A stretch of DNA of 64,000 nucleotides, from IMG/VR virus record IMGVR_UViG_3300037465_000480; one strand, written 5' to 3'. The notes beneath the pieces were generated by a model. It made no database searches. It worked only from the letters and a program-made list of their open reading frames with translations, and was not told the DNA's origin. Position 1 is the stretch's first letter. Every line of letters begins with the position of its first letter. The position numbers were made by a program, and so were the translations under genes. Shown here one piece after another: positions 9,936 through 19,103 of this stretch. The DNA is from a virus.

Positions 9936-10232
9936 ATGGCAAGCAAGCCAATGATCATGGGCAGCCCAATTTCCTATCTGGCTTTCTCGCGTTATACATC
10001 CTTGGGAACCGCCCAAACGCTAACGCCTCCCTCTGCTGCGGATGGGGTGCTGATGCAAGCCGTTACCCAAAATGTCGTTTTTTCGATTGGGTCAACAGCC
10101 ACCGCCACCAATGGTTTTATTTTGCTGGCTGGAGCCGAGCCGACCCTCGTGACTTTCCCATCAGGAACCCCTCTTAGTGTTATCCAGCAAGCGGCAGGTG
10201 CTGAGCTGCGTATTCAGTGGATAAAACTATAA
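9936..10232 (+). CDS. Small beta-rich virion protein (possible capsid decoration protein)
   Basis: 98 aa directly after the capsid gene; beta-strand-like composition. Confidence 0.45.
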   Translation: MASKPMIMGSPISYLAFSRYTSLGTAQTLTPPSAADGVLMQAVTQNVVFSIGSTATATNGFILLAGAEPTLVTFPSGTPLSVIQQAAGAELRIQWIKL

Positions 10233-10235
10233 ACC

Positions 10236-10569
10236 ATGCCAAAAAGGCTTGATAGGTCAGCCGCTAGGTTGCGCCACCCCTCTACGAACCGTTTGGGGAT
10301 AGGGTCTTCTTTCAGGCACGCGCTATGATAGCCAAGGGAGCCACCATCTGACCGATAACAACACCGTGGGCAACGCGCCAGGCAAGAAAGCTAACGCGGC
10401 TGACTTTATCCGAGCGAATTCGGAATTTTTAAGCAGCGCTGACAATACCGACCTAAGCACGGGGGACAGTGATTTTACCTTCATAGCGTGGGGACGTTCT
10501 GAAAGTCCAGCAATAGGCGTGGTGGCGGGGAGATTGGACAAATGGACTGCGATATGTCCAAAGCGTTAG
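10236..10569 (+). pseudogene. Frameshifted, truncated relic of a LamG/concanavalin-A-like virion gene
   Basis: ATG 10236 frame (MPKRLDRS...GIGSSF) stops at 10328; the +1 frame reads SGTRYDSQGSHHLTDNNTVGNAPGKKANAADFIRANSEFLSSADNTDLSTGDSDFTFIAW, resembling the start of LamG-type domains, and stops at 10569. Confidence 0.5.
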
Positions 10570-10706
10570 ATGATGCCTTAGACCGTGTAACCGAATTGTC
10601 CGATTATGGCATTCCTCTACCTGTGCTGCCTCATTCCCTTGCTGATGATCGTTAGCATCCTCAACGAAATGAAACGTATGCTATCTGTATTCTAGCCTGT
10701 TGCCTC

Positions 10707-10736
10707 TTGTTTCCTAACCATACACTAGTGTATACT
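10707..10736 (+). promoter_or_regulatory. Internal promoter for the 10771 gene
   Basis: TTGTTT-18 bp-TATACT; spacer CCTAACCATACACTAGTG shares CTAAC...GTG with the promoters at 42657 and 43745. Confidence 0.55.
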
Positions 10737-10770
10737 ACACTAAAGATAAGGAGATAAAGGAGTATCCGTT

Positions 10771-11321
10771 ATGTTCGGTAACGATCCCCGTATTCGATTA
10801 ATGTGCTGGCTCGATAAGCGTAAGCCAGTAGACCAGCAATTAATCCAGTCCATCCCTGACTTAAAAAAAAACGCCTTTTCACGTCTTCTATCCGCGATGG
10901 GCTAAGGCTTATCCTGGATTTGCGCAATGGCAATATTGACGTGTTGCTTGAATTGTTTCCCTGGGTAAAAGAGATATTGGGCAGCAAATCTGACCACGCC
11001 CCGAACACAGATAGCGGGCAAAGAGGAAACCCCTTGCCTAGCGATGAAACCTTACAAGCTATGTTGGATAGATTAGAGCATTTGATTATGAAAAGTCAAA
11101 CAGGGTTGCCAGCCGCCCCAGTCCCTAAAAGGATAACGGGTGCTGACAGGACGCTAAGCGATTCCCTGCCCTTGGATGAGGATGATTTGTTGGCATCTAT
11201 AGATATGAAAGCCGATAAGGACGCTGGCAAACGTGCCAGTGAAAATCTGCTCAAAAGTCTCATCGCTCTCCAACAGATGCCTACTAGCACCCCCAGAGAG
11301 AAACTCGGGAGTCGCGCCTAA
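10771..11321 (+). CDS. Hypothetical protein split by a -1 frameshift at an A9 tract (10863-10871)
   Basis: RBS AAGGAG then ATG 10771 (MFGNDPRIRLMCWLDKRKP...IPDLKK) stops at 10905; the -1 frame opens at 10860 just after a TGA and reads KKKRLFTSSIRDGLRLILDLRNGNIDVLLELFPW to 11321. Confidence 0.65.
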
Positions 11322-11340
11322 GCTATGCCACAGAGAGATA

Positions 11341-11404
11341 TTAAAACTAGAAACTCGCACATTGTTATATTATATAATATAATATATGAATGTGCTAGTT
11401 TTTT
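11341..11404 (+). repeat. 65-bp nested palindromic element, copy 2
   Basis: TTAAAACTAGAAACTCGCACATTGTTATATTATATAATATAATATATGAATGTGCTAGTTTTTT, immediately upstream of the GT2 gene. Confidence 0.9.
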
Positions 11405-11413
11405 AATTCACAA

Positions 11414-12229
11414 ATGGAAAAGGGTATCATGCACAGCAACCCGTTAGCGATTTCCTTGATTACCTACAATCGCCCCGATGCCTTCCTCAGGGTCGTGCAT
11501 TCGATAGAACAGTTTGTGTATTATGAAAAACGGCTTATCACTTGGGTTATTGGGGACGATGGGTCAGACAGTCCTTATGTCAGTGATTGGGCGGCTACTC
11601 ATCCCCATCTCAATACCGTGCTCTTGAAACACCATCGCCTAGGGATGCCTGGCAATTGGAATAGGACACTTGCGGAAGCGCATTCCTACGCCGATTACGT
11701 GCTGGCTTGTCAAGACGATTGGTTGTTTACTTGTCCTGTTGATTTACATCTGGCTATAGCCTTTTTAGAAGATAATCCCGAATACGGGATGGTTCGTTAT
11801 CATAAGCTCGGCGGTCATGTAGGCTTGGTTGGCGTTATCAAGCAATGGAATACACACCACAGATGGCAAGGGAAATATAGCGACACGCCTTTTGACTATG
11901 ACCCTGCATTGGTGACTTTTTGGGAACTCCTCCCCCCCTTTGGCGACAGCAACACCTATAGCCCTTACAGTGGGGGCGTCCATTTGAGAACCAAGCGGTT
12001 CACGCAGTTTTATGGCGATTATCCAGAGGGGGAAAAATTCAGCTTAGCAGAAATGGAGCATTTTCGCAGGGTGAATACGTCTTTGCGGGAAAACCTCAAT
12101 ATCGCCCCGCGTGTAGCGATGTTTCCTTATTTCGTTCTCAGCCGTTTTCAAGACATCAGCGGGGGAAGTTACCGCGATACGTCTATAGAAAGTGAGACGC
12201 TATATGTTGAAAAAAATCAATCAGCATAA
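11414..12229 (+). CDS. Glycosyltransferase family 2 (GT-A fold)
   Basis: ISLITYNRP, IGDDGS, GMPGNWN and YVLACQDDW motifs; alternative start ATG 11429. Confidence 0.82.
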   Translation: MEKGIMHSNPLAISLITYNRPDAFLRVVHSIEQFVYYEKRLITWVIGDDGSDSPYVSDWAATHPHLNTVLLKHHRLGMPGNWNRTLAEAHSYADYVLACQDDWLFTCPVDLHLAIAFLEDNPEYGMVRYHKLGGHVGLVGVIKQWNTHHRWQGKYSDTPFDYDPALVTFWELLPPFGDSNTYSPYSGGVHLRTKRFTQFYGDYPEGEKFSLAEMEHFRRVNTSLRENLNIAPRVAMFPYFVLSRFQDISGGSYRDTSIESETLYVEKNQSA

Positions 12230-12383
12230 CCTGGACTGGCTAAGGATAGGAATAGCTATTTTCCCCGTTTTGCTTATCTTAAGTTGGGTAGGCTGGCAAG
12301 CCATTGGCACACTAGGGCTGTGCTTAGTGCCTATAGCATCTTTAGCCTTTCCCTTATGGTTTATGGTAATCCTGCCGCGTTAG
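12192..12383 (+). CDS. Small membrane protein
   Basis: Two hydrophobic segments; overlaps the end of the GT2 gene. Confidence 0.45.
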   Translation: MRRYMLKKINQHNLDWLRIGIAIFPVLLILSWVGWQAIGTLGLCLVPIASLAFPLWFMVILPR

Positions 12384-12567
12384 GGGCTGTCATGAATATG
12401 AAAAATGGATACCCTTAGGAGTGGTGGTGTTTTGTCTGCTCGGTATAGCCTTTAGAGGTTATCAACGCGGGGGGATACTACACGCCATTTTACCGCCTAT
12501 GGTTTCTTTGATGACACCTATTATCTTAAAGGTGTTTGTCCTGAGGGGATTGTAAAAGGGAGACCCT

Positions 12568-12822
12568 ATGAGCCAAGAGAAAATACCCGTTTACCTACTG
12601 CAAAAAGATTTTGTCGATCAAAGTGTCGGCATCTATATCAATTTGGCAGACGCCCAACAAGCCGCCGAACAAGATAACCAGGCTTTTTTAAACTGGATCA
12701 GGAGCGAACACGGGAGAAAGTGGACAGCTTATGCTAAGCACAGCACTGCCCGCTATATCATAGAAGAAATTTGGATCGATTGGGCTTATTTACAGTGGGA
12801 CATTGGGAAAGCGACACCATGA
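12568..12822 (+). CDS. Hypothetical protein
   Basis: RBS AAGGGAG; its stop overlaps the start of the next gene (ATGA). Confidence 0.6.
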   Translation: MSQEKIPVYLLQKDFVDQSVGIYINLADAQQAAEQDNQAFLNWIRSEHGRKWTAYAKHSTARYIIEEIWIDWAYLQWDIGKATP

Positions 12823-15209
12823 AACGATTTTGGGGCATTCCTACTGTAGAAAGCCTACAAGACCATCGCAACTATGGCATTGCTCAGGTGGTCTTGGCTT
12901 TAGCTAAGCACCTGCCTGCTTTTGGCTGGGAATATACTGCTAACCCTCAGGATGCTATCTTACACGTTCATCATGGGGGAGAGGGAGAAGGGGCTAGCGA
13001 TGTGGCTATTGTACATGGCTTGCATCCTACTGCTGATATGCCAGAGCGCAGCGCCATTTTTGAAGAAATTAATCGGCGCGTTATCCAGGATGTTATCGCA
13101 GCCAGACAGGTGATTGTCCCCAGCCGTTGGGTGGCTGACTTTTTCCAAAGGGACATGCTCCTCTCGCCACAGGTTATCCAGTGGGGGGTAAGTGAGGAAT
13201 TTACCCCTGGCTCCCCACAGGGCTATATTCTGTGGAATAAAAACAGACAGGATTTTGTCTGTAATCCTGTTTGGATGAACAAGCTAGCCGCTTTACTGCC
13301 TCAGCATGTATTGGTCAGTACGTTCGGACAAGAAACCCATAACGTGCGCATTATCGGCAGGCAACCTTTTGAAAAAATGGTCAATTGGGTTAGGGGAGCC
13401 AGCCTGTATTTAGCAACGACCCGCGAAACAGGCGATATAGGCAGCCGTGAGGCTCTGGCTTGTGGTGTGCCTGTGGTCGGGTTTGCCCAAGGGGCATTAC
13501 TGGATTTTATACAGCATGGTGAAAATGGATATTTAGCCGAACCTGGCGATATAGAGGGCTTAGCTAAAGGGGTTGAATACTGCTGGGTTCATCGGGAAAG
13601 AATGAGCCGGCAAGCTCTCTATTCAGCCCAAACCTTTAATTGGGAAAAAACAGCCCAGCAAGTGGCTCATGTTTTCGATTTAGCTTTGCAGGCTAAACGT
13701 CCCTCCCCTAAAAAACTTAGTGTCGTTATCCCGTGCTATAACTATGGTCATTTGGTTAAGCGGGCTGTGGATAGTGTCCTCAAAGCCTTGGCGCATTTTG
13801 CGCTAACCACTTGGGAAATTATCATGATAGATGATTGTTCTACCGATGATAGTTGGCAGGTGCTGGCTGGATTGCATGATGGACACCATCTCTTTGCCAT
13901 GCGGCAACCAGCCAATGGGGGGGTAGCTCGCGCCAGAAATGAGGGAATTAAACAAGCCGCAGGAGAATATATTTTTTGCTTAGATGCCGATGACCAGGTA
14001 TCGCCCCCCATCTTTGATATTCTCATAGAGGCTTTGGATAGAGATCGTTTGTTAGGGATAGCTTATACCGCGTTAGGGTTAGAGCAGGGTGGGCAAACGG
14101 GTTTTCCGCCCGCAGAAGTCAATTACGATCTGCAATTCGCAGGCAGTAATCAAATCCCTACTGCCTGCTTGTTTCGGCGCGAAGACTGGCAACGCGTGGG
14201 GGGCTATAGAAGTTATATGCAACCGGCTGAGGATGCCGATTTGTGGACGCGCATGATTGGCATTACTGGGCGCAAAGCCGCCAGGGTTAGCGATGCCCCC
14301 TTGTTTATTTACAATGTCCATTCAGGTAGCTTGACCAGTGCTTACCGCCAGCAAGGAAAAGCTGACCCCTTTATGGAGCGGGGGCAAATAGGATGGGGGA
14401 CTCATCGCCCTATAGCTGCCCCACCCCCTAAAGGAAAAATCAGCAATCCTGTGTCCCATCGTGATATGCCTTTGTTGTATGTGGATATAAGCCAAGCTAG
14501 CCAAGAGGTCTTAGACTGGTTATTGATGCAATCCTTTAGAGATTGGACATTGGACGATAATCGTAATGCCCCCTTGGTATTGCGGCTCGGACAAAAGCCG
14601 CCTTCGCCTGCTTATGATTGGCTAGAGAGGGCCTTACAACAAACCTTGCTGGGAGTAAAAGATAACCCTGATGGATTGCCTATGGTGACGGCTTATCAAC
14701 TGGATAAGGATATTCTTTTGGGTGCCGACTGTAGAGAAGAGCCTTTATCAAGGTCCACTCTCCAGTTTTATGATGGGCGAAAATGTGATACAGTAGGAGT
14801 AATCATGGCGACTTGTTGCGGACGTACCATCATTAAGCAAAGGATAGCTCCAATGGATGAAAACGATTTTGTTTTGGTAGAATTGACGACAGGGGGAGCC
14901 GGCTTGGTGTGGGTTGGCAGCCCAACGGGAAAACGGTTTGATCCTGGCATCCCTGCGGAGAAAGCCTATGGGCGGCGTAAGCGCGGAGACCGCTTTTATG
15001 TACACCGCGAAGATTGGGAGGCCGCCCCGCAGATTTTTAAGCCAGTCCCTTTAGAGGCAGTACCTATTGCCGTGGCGTCTCCTGCCCCCCCTAGCGATGA
15101 CGCCCCGCCGCTGGTGCCCGTTTTAGAAGAGCCCCTTGAGGAAGTTGAACCGCCTACCCCCCCTAAACCGCTGGCTAAGCTCAAAGGGCGTGAGATAAGG
15201 CATGGCTGA
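12819..15209 (+). CDS. Bifunctional glycosyltransferase: GT4 (GT-B) + GT2 (GT-A) + C-terminal extension
   Basis: GT4 E-x7-E motif (ETGDIGSRE) and ALACGVPVV; GT2 SVVIPCYN, IDDCSTDDS, ARARNEG, CLDADD, EDADLW; tail begins MATCCG and ends Pro/Glu-rich. Confidence 0.9.
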   Translation: MKRFWGIPTVESLQDHRNYGIAQVVLALAKHLPAFGWEYTANPQDAILHVHHGGEGEGASDVAIVHGLHPTADMPERSAIFEEINRRVIQDVIAARQVIVPSRWVADFFQRDMLLSPQVIQWGVSEEFTPGSPQGYILWNKNRQDFVCNPVWMNKLAALLPQHVLVSTFGQETHNVRIIGRQPFEKMVNWVRGASLYLATTRETGDIGSREALACGVPVVGFAQGALLDFIQHGENGYLAEPGDIEGLAKGVEYCWVHRERMSRQALYSAQTFNWEKTAQQVAHVFDLALQAKRPSPKKLSVVIPCYNYGHLVKRAVDSVLKALAHFALTTWEIIMIDDCSTDDSWQVLAGLHDGHHLFAMRQPANGGVARARNEGIKQAAGEYIFCLDADDQVSPPIFDILIEALDRDRLLGIAYTALGLEQGGQTGFPPAEVNYDLQFAGSNQIPTACLFRREDWQRVGGYRSYMQPAEDADLWTRMIGITGRKAARVSDAPLFIYNVHSGSLTSAYRQQGKADPFMERGQIGWGTHRPIAAPPPKGKISNPVSHRDMPLLYVDISQASQEVLDWLLMQSFRDWTLDDNRNAPLVLRLGQKPPSPAYDWLERALQQTLLGVKDNPDGLPMVTAYQLDKDILLGADCREEPLSRSTLQFYDGRKCDTVGVIMATCCGRTIIKQRIAPMDENDFVLVELTTGGAGLVWVGSPTGKRFDPGIPAEKAYGRRKRGDRFYVHREDWEAAPQIFKPVPLEAVPIAVASPAPPSDDAPPLVPVLEEPLEEVEPPTPPKPLAKLKGREIRHG

Positions 15210-15522
15210 TTTTTGGGTCGTTTTAGCCTTGGTAAGGGTAGTTGTGCTTATCCAGCAAGATAGGGGGCCTCTGGAAATCTTGCGCACTTTGCGCCTGCTG
15301 CTTAGGCTGACAACCTTACAAGCTCATCCGCCTGAAGCCCCTCAGGAAATGTGGAATGAGAACCCTGTAGCCGATTTGTTTAGTTGCTATTGGTGTTTAT
15401 CCTTATGGCTTGGCGTGGTGGCTTGTTTTTGGCTAGAACGTCCAGCTTGGTATGCCCTGGCGTATTCAGGAGCAACCAGCTTGGTTTTATTAGGAAAAGA
15501 TTATGTTGGCAGTCACCACTAA
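15202..15522 (+). CDS. Small membrane protein, DUF1360-like
   Basis: DLFSCYWCLSLW (CxxC) motif with hydrophobic helices. Confidence 0.6.
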   Translation: MADFWVVLALVRVVVLIQQDRGPLEILRTLRLLLRLTTLQAHPPEAPQEMWNENPVADLFSCYWCLSLWLGVVACFWLERPAWYALAYSGATSLVLLGKDYVGSHH

Positions 15523-16747
15523 ACCGCTTTTGAGCTTGTTTGAATGGGCAAACATCATTGGGCTTAGTCCCTGGGTAGTCGCTCAAATTGGACTCCCCAC
15601 CGCTTTGATTGGTGGCGATGGGGCGGGCTGTGAACGGGTTATGTATCAATTCCCCCACCAAAGCTACGACGCCTTAACACGCGAAGATATAGCTGACGCA
15701 CTTTCCCAAGCAGAATTTTTAGTCGCTAAAACCCTAGGGTATTTTCCCGCCCCTAAAGAAGTTTCCGAAAAGGTCCTTTATCCGAGAAGTGGTAATTATG
15801 CTTACGGACAGCTTTGGTATGGGGCAAGTGGGCGGTATAAATCTATTCAGACCCGTTTCAATAAAATCATCAGCGTGGGACAATACACCTATAGTCAACT
15901 GAGTGCGGGAGCGGCTGTAACAGGTAGCGATACCTGGGGCGATGGTTTTAATTCTACATGGTCATGTACAGTAGGGGTTCCCGCTGGCACGACAGCAGAA
16001 GAAATCCGCGTTTATTTTACCGTCGCTGACCGTTTAAGCATCCCCTTTGACAAAGCCGAAATTCGTCCTGTATCGGTAACGATAGCCGGCAATAATGCCA
16101 CCATCACAGGGCATATGTCTCAATTGGTTAAGCCAGCCTTATATATGCAAACCTTACCTGACAAGCTGGATATTACAGGGTCTATCTTTGTGAGCCATGT
16201 GGCTATTTTTCGCGCCCAAATTGACACTACCCTTTCGGGCAATCTCATTTGGCGCAATTTTGAAGGAATGCCCCCTTGTGATGGGGAAACCGATGAACCG
16301 TGCCAAGTCGAAATGACTAGCGCATGTTTTCAAGCTACCGATAGGGAAGGCGGATGGATAGCTCCTATCCCTGCAGAATATGATGCTACCTTACAACAGT
16401 GGAAAAGGGTGTATCCTGATTGGAGCCGCTTTGCTCCTGATGAGGTTATCTTGAATTATATCTCTGGCGTTCCACTTCTTGATGGCAAGGTAGAAATGCC
16501 GTTTGCCCGTATCGTCGCTTTGCTAGCGACGGCTTTGTTACCTAATCGGTCTTGCGGTTGCCAGAGAGCTGATTTAAGGATTGTGTATTATCGGTCTATT
16601 CCTCAGGATGATGATGGGAAGTTACTGGTTATGCCATCCTTAATGGAACGGGCAAGTTATCATTTCGGGGTAGCCGGCAGAGGGGCTTTGCAAGCCTTGG
16701 AACTCATTACGCCACAAATCATCAATTATAGGAGTGCCCATGCTTAA
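15503..16747 (+). CDS. Putative head-tail adaptor/connector protein
   Basis: Position between head and tail genes; REDIADALSQAEFLVAKTLGY helical N-terminus resembles adaptor proteins. Confidence 0.5.
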   Translation: MLAVTTKPLLSLFEWANIIGLSPWVVAQIGLPTALIGGDGAGCERVMYQFPHQSYDALTREDIADALSQAEFLVAKTLGYFPAPKEVSEKVLYPRSGNYAYGQLWYGASGRYKSIQTRFNKIISVGQYTYSQLSAGAAVTGSDTWGDGFNSTWSCTVGVPAGTTAEEIRVYFTVADRLSIPFDKAEIRPVSVTIAGNNATITGHMSQLVKPALYMQTLPDKLDITGSIFVSHVAIFRAQIDTTLSGNLIWRNFEGMPPCDGETDEPCQVEMTSACFQATDREGGWIAPIPAEYDATLQQWKRVYPDWSRFAPDEVILNYISGVPLLDGKVEMPFARIVALLATALLPNRSCGCQRADLRIVYYRSIPQDDDGKLLVMPSLMERASYHFGVAGRGALQALELITPQIINYRSAHA

Positions 16748-17060
16748 TCTTGTCCAGAGAACCTATACCGATAAGGCGGGCTATGAGCATGTGGTATGGC
16801 TACCTGACTATGTGCAAGATGATTTTACAGGTGGCATTCCTGTTAGTGTTGATATACAAGCCTTAGGGCTTTCCGTAGCGATCCAAAAAACCTTATGGGA
16901 TAAAGGTATCATTTTTGTCTCGGACTGGATAAGCAAGCCAGTTTTCACTACAATTTATGCTATCTTTAGAGGTGAACATCCTGAATTAACCGAACGCGAA
17001 GCTAAACTGGCTTTGCTTAATCTCATCGAAACGGTGCGGGCAACCGCCAATAATGGGTAA
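16740..17060 (+). CDS. Hypothetical protein (tail region)
   Basis: RBS AGGAG; overlaps the previous gene. Confidence 0.55.
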   Translation: MLNLVQRTYTDKAGYEHVVWLPDYVQDDFTGGIPVSVDIQALGLSVAIQKTLWDKGIIFVSDWISKPVFTTIYAIFRGEHPELTEREAKLALLNLIETVRATANNG

Positions 17061-17071
17061 AGAGGTGGAAT

Positions 17072-18577
17072 ATGCCTAGTTACAAAGAAGACCCTACCTT
17101 AGCAGTACAAGGGGAAGTCTTTATCTTTTGGTTCGATACCGATAATCTGGCATCGAATATCTACTATGGGGGGCAGTTTGGCGTTTTGTTGCCTGATACC
17201 CTGAGTGAAAGTTTCGGGGACTTGAATTCACTCGTCGTTCCAAGCACGTCAGAAGCAAACCGTTTTCATATCGCGCGTATTTTGCGGGGTGCACCTGAGC
17301 TAGGCGAAATGTCGATTATCGAGCATCCTAAGCGCACGACTCGATCAGCCCTGGAACGCATGAAAGCGATTTTGTGTGCCAAGTCGTTTTTTATTCCCCT
17401 TAATGGCTGTACACGCCCTGACGAGATCGACTCTTTTGAGTCCGTCCTGCTGGTGTATCGAGCCTTGCAGCAAGGTATTGATTATGGCACTTTGCGTAGT
17501 CGGGAAGATAACGAACCTCTGGAAATGTCTTCGGATTTTTCCTATCTGAGGGTGGATCGTGCTTTTCCTCTGATAGCTGCCTTGCAAGGGGAGACCCCTG
17601 TTACTTCTAAAATCTTGGATGTTGTCGCTATTGATACTGTCTCCTGTGGAGATTGTGCGGCATTTGCCAGCGGGCAAGATAGCTGGTATGCCCTGACCGA
17701 TCAAAGCGGGGGTAGCCCTGGATATCCGAGCCTGGTTATTGGAACCAAGGATGGGGGGAGCAATTACAACACGTCCGTTATCACCAGCCTGGGGACTACC
17801 CAAGCGAATGCTATGGCACAAGTGGGCAGTTTTTTAATGGTTGTTAGCCAAACTGACCTGGCGCATCATTACTGCCGCATCAGCAACTTGTTCGCTGGCG
17901 GCAGTCCCTGGACAAAGGTATCGAGTGGCTATGTCGCTAGCAAGGGTCCGCGCTGTATTGCCGTCGCCTCTCCTTTTGAAGTGTACATTGGTGGTGCCGG
18001 TGGGTATATCTACAAATCAGCCGACTTCCAAACCGCTGTGACTGTTTCGCATGATGGGAGTTTGACAGCTCAACCAATTAACGCTATCCAAGCAACAGGA
18101 CAGACCATCCTCGCCGTAGGTGACTCTAACGCAGTGTTGTTTAGTTCTAATGGTGGTTCCACTTGGACATTCGTGACAGGTCCTACGGTAGGCGTTGCTT
18201 TAAAGTCGTGCTGGATTGTCAGCCAGACGGCTTGGTGGGTGGGGACTGCTAACGGCAAACTCTACTACACGATTGATAGTGGTGCTAATTGGACACAGCT
18301 AACCCTACCTGACCAGAGCAGCATTACGGCTATCAACGACATTGTTTTTGACGATGACAACCCTCTGTCTGGGGCGCTGGTTGCCACTAAGGGAAGTGCT
18401 GCCGTTTTGTACCGTACTCTTACAGGGGGGAGACGGTGGGGGTATCAGTCGCCTTATATCACGAATGTCTCTGGGGTAGCGACGCTCAATGCAGCCGCCG
18501 TCTTAGGCGTCGACAAGATTATCGCAGGTGGTGAAAAGACCGCTGGCGGCGATGGGGCACTGATTGTCGCAGCCTAG
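17072..18577 (+). CDS. Putative major tail (tube) protein with C-terminal BNR/YCF48-like beta-propeller
   Basis: Directly precedes the chaperone pair and tape measure; Asp-box-like repeats TKDGGSNY, SSNGGSTW, TIDSGANW, TLTGGRRW. Confidence 0.6.
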   Translation: MPSYKEDPTLAVQGEVFIFWFDTDNLASNIYYGGQFGVLLPDTLSESFGDLNSLVVPSTSEANRFHIARILRGAPELGEMSIIEHPKRTTRSALERMKAILCAKSFFIPLNGCTRPDEIDSFESVLLVYRALQQGIDYGTLRSREDNEPLEMSSDFSYLRVDRAFPLIAALQGETPVTSKILDVVAIDTVSCGDCAAFASGQDSWYALTDQSGGSPGYPSLVIGTKDGGSNYNTSVITSLGTTQANAMAQVGSFLMVVSQTDLAHHYCRISNLFAGGSPWTKVSSGYVASKGPRCIAVASPFEVYIGGAGGYIYKSADFQTAVTVSHDGSLTAQPINAIQATGQTILAVGDSNAVLFSSNGGSTWTFVTGPTVGVALKSCWIVSQTAWWVGTANGKLYYTIDSGANWTQLTLPDQSSITAINDIVFDDDNPLSGALVATKGSAAVLYRTLTGGRRWGYQSPYITNVSGVATLNAAAVLGVDKIIAGGEKTAGGDGALIVAA

Positions 18578-18599
18578 TAAGCTAAGCAAGGAAGATGGG

Positions 18600-19103
18600 A
18601 TGAGTAAAAACGTAGGGTCTGCAATTGAAGAGCGGGTAAACGGCAATCATAAGATGCCTATCTATACCACAGGTTTTGGGTACGCATTGGAACTTGCCCC
18701 TGTAGGAGCATCCTTGCTTGACCGCTGGGAGCAACGCTACCTCAGACACCACCCGCAGCCTGAGCCGCCTATCCTCACTCTGGAAAATGGCGATACTTGG
18801 CAAGACGTGAATGATGCCGCCTACCGTGAGGCTCTCAGTGCTTGGCACAATCGCCATAACCGCGCGATGCTTAAATTTGTCCTGCGCCTGGGGGTGAAAA
18901 CAGCACCACCCCCAGGCTGGACACATCCCGCCCCTGAATTACTGGATGAGGACGAGATCGCAGACCCTAACGATACCGATAGCCAAAAATTTTTTTGGCT
19001 AGAGACTATTCTCAATGGCGATGACATTCAATATCTCCCTCAGGCGATTTTGGGTATCAGTAACGTTACTGAGGCGGGTATTGCAGACAGTGAAAAAAAA
19101 TGA
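18600..19103 (+). CDS. Tail assembly chaperone (gpG-like)
   Basis: Lies between tail tube and tape measure; ends GAA AAA AAA TGA. Confidence 0.72.
   Translation: MSKNVGSAIEERVNGNHKMPIYTTGFGYALELAPVGASLLDRWEQRYLRHHPQPEPPILTLENGDTWQDVNDAAYREALSAWHNRHNRAMLKFVLRLGVKTAPPPGWTHPAPELLDEDEIADPNDTDSQKFFWLETILNGDDIQYLPQAILGISNVTEAGIADSEKK

Noticed and set aside
12384-12560. Additional membrane gene in the gap before 12568
   Set aside because: A hydrophobic open frame (WIPLGVVVFCLLGIAF...) exists but has no start codon after its upstream stop, so it cannot be supported.
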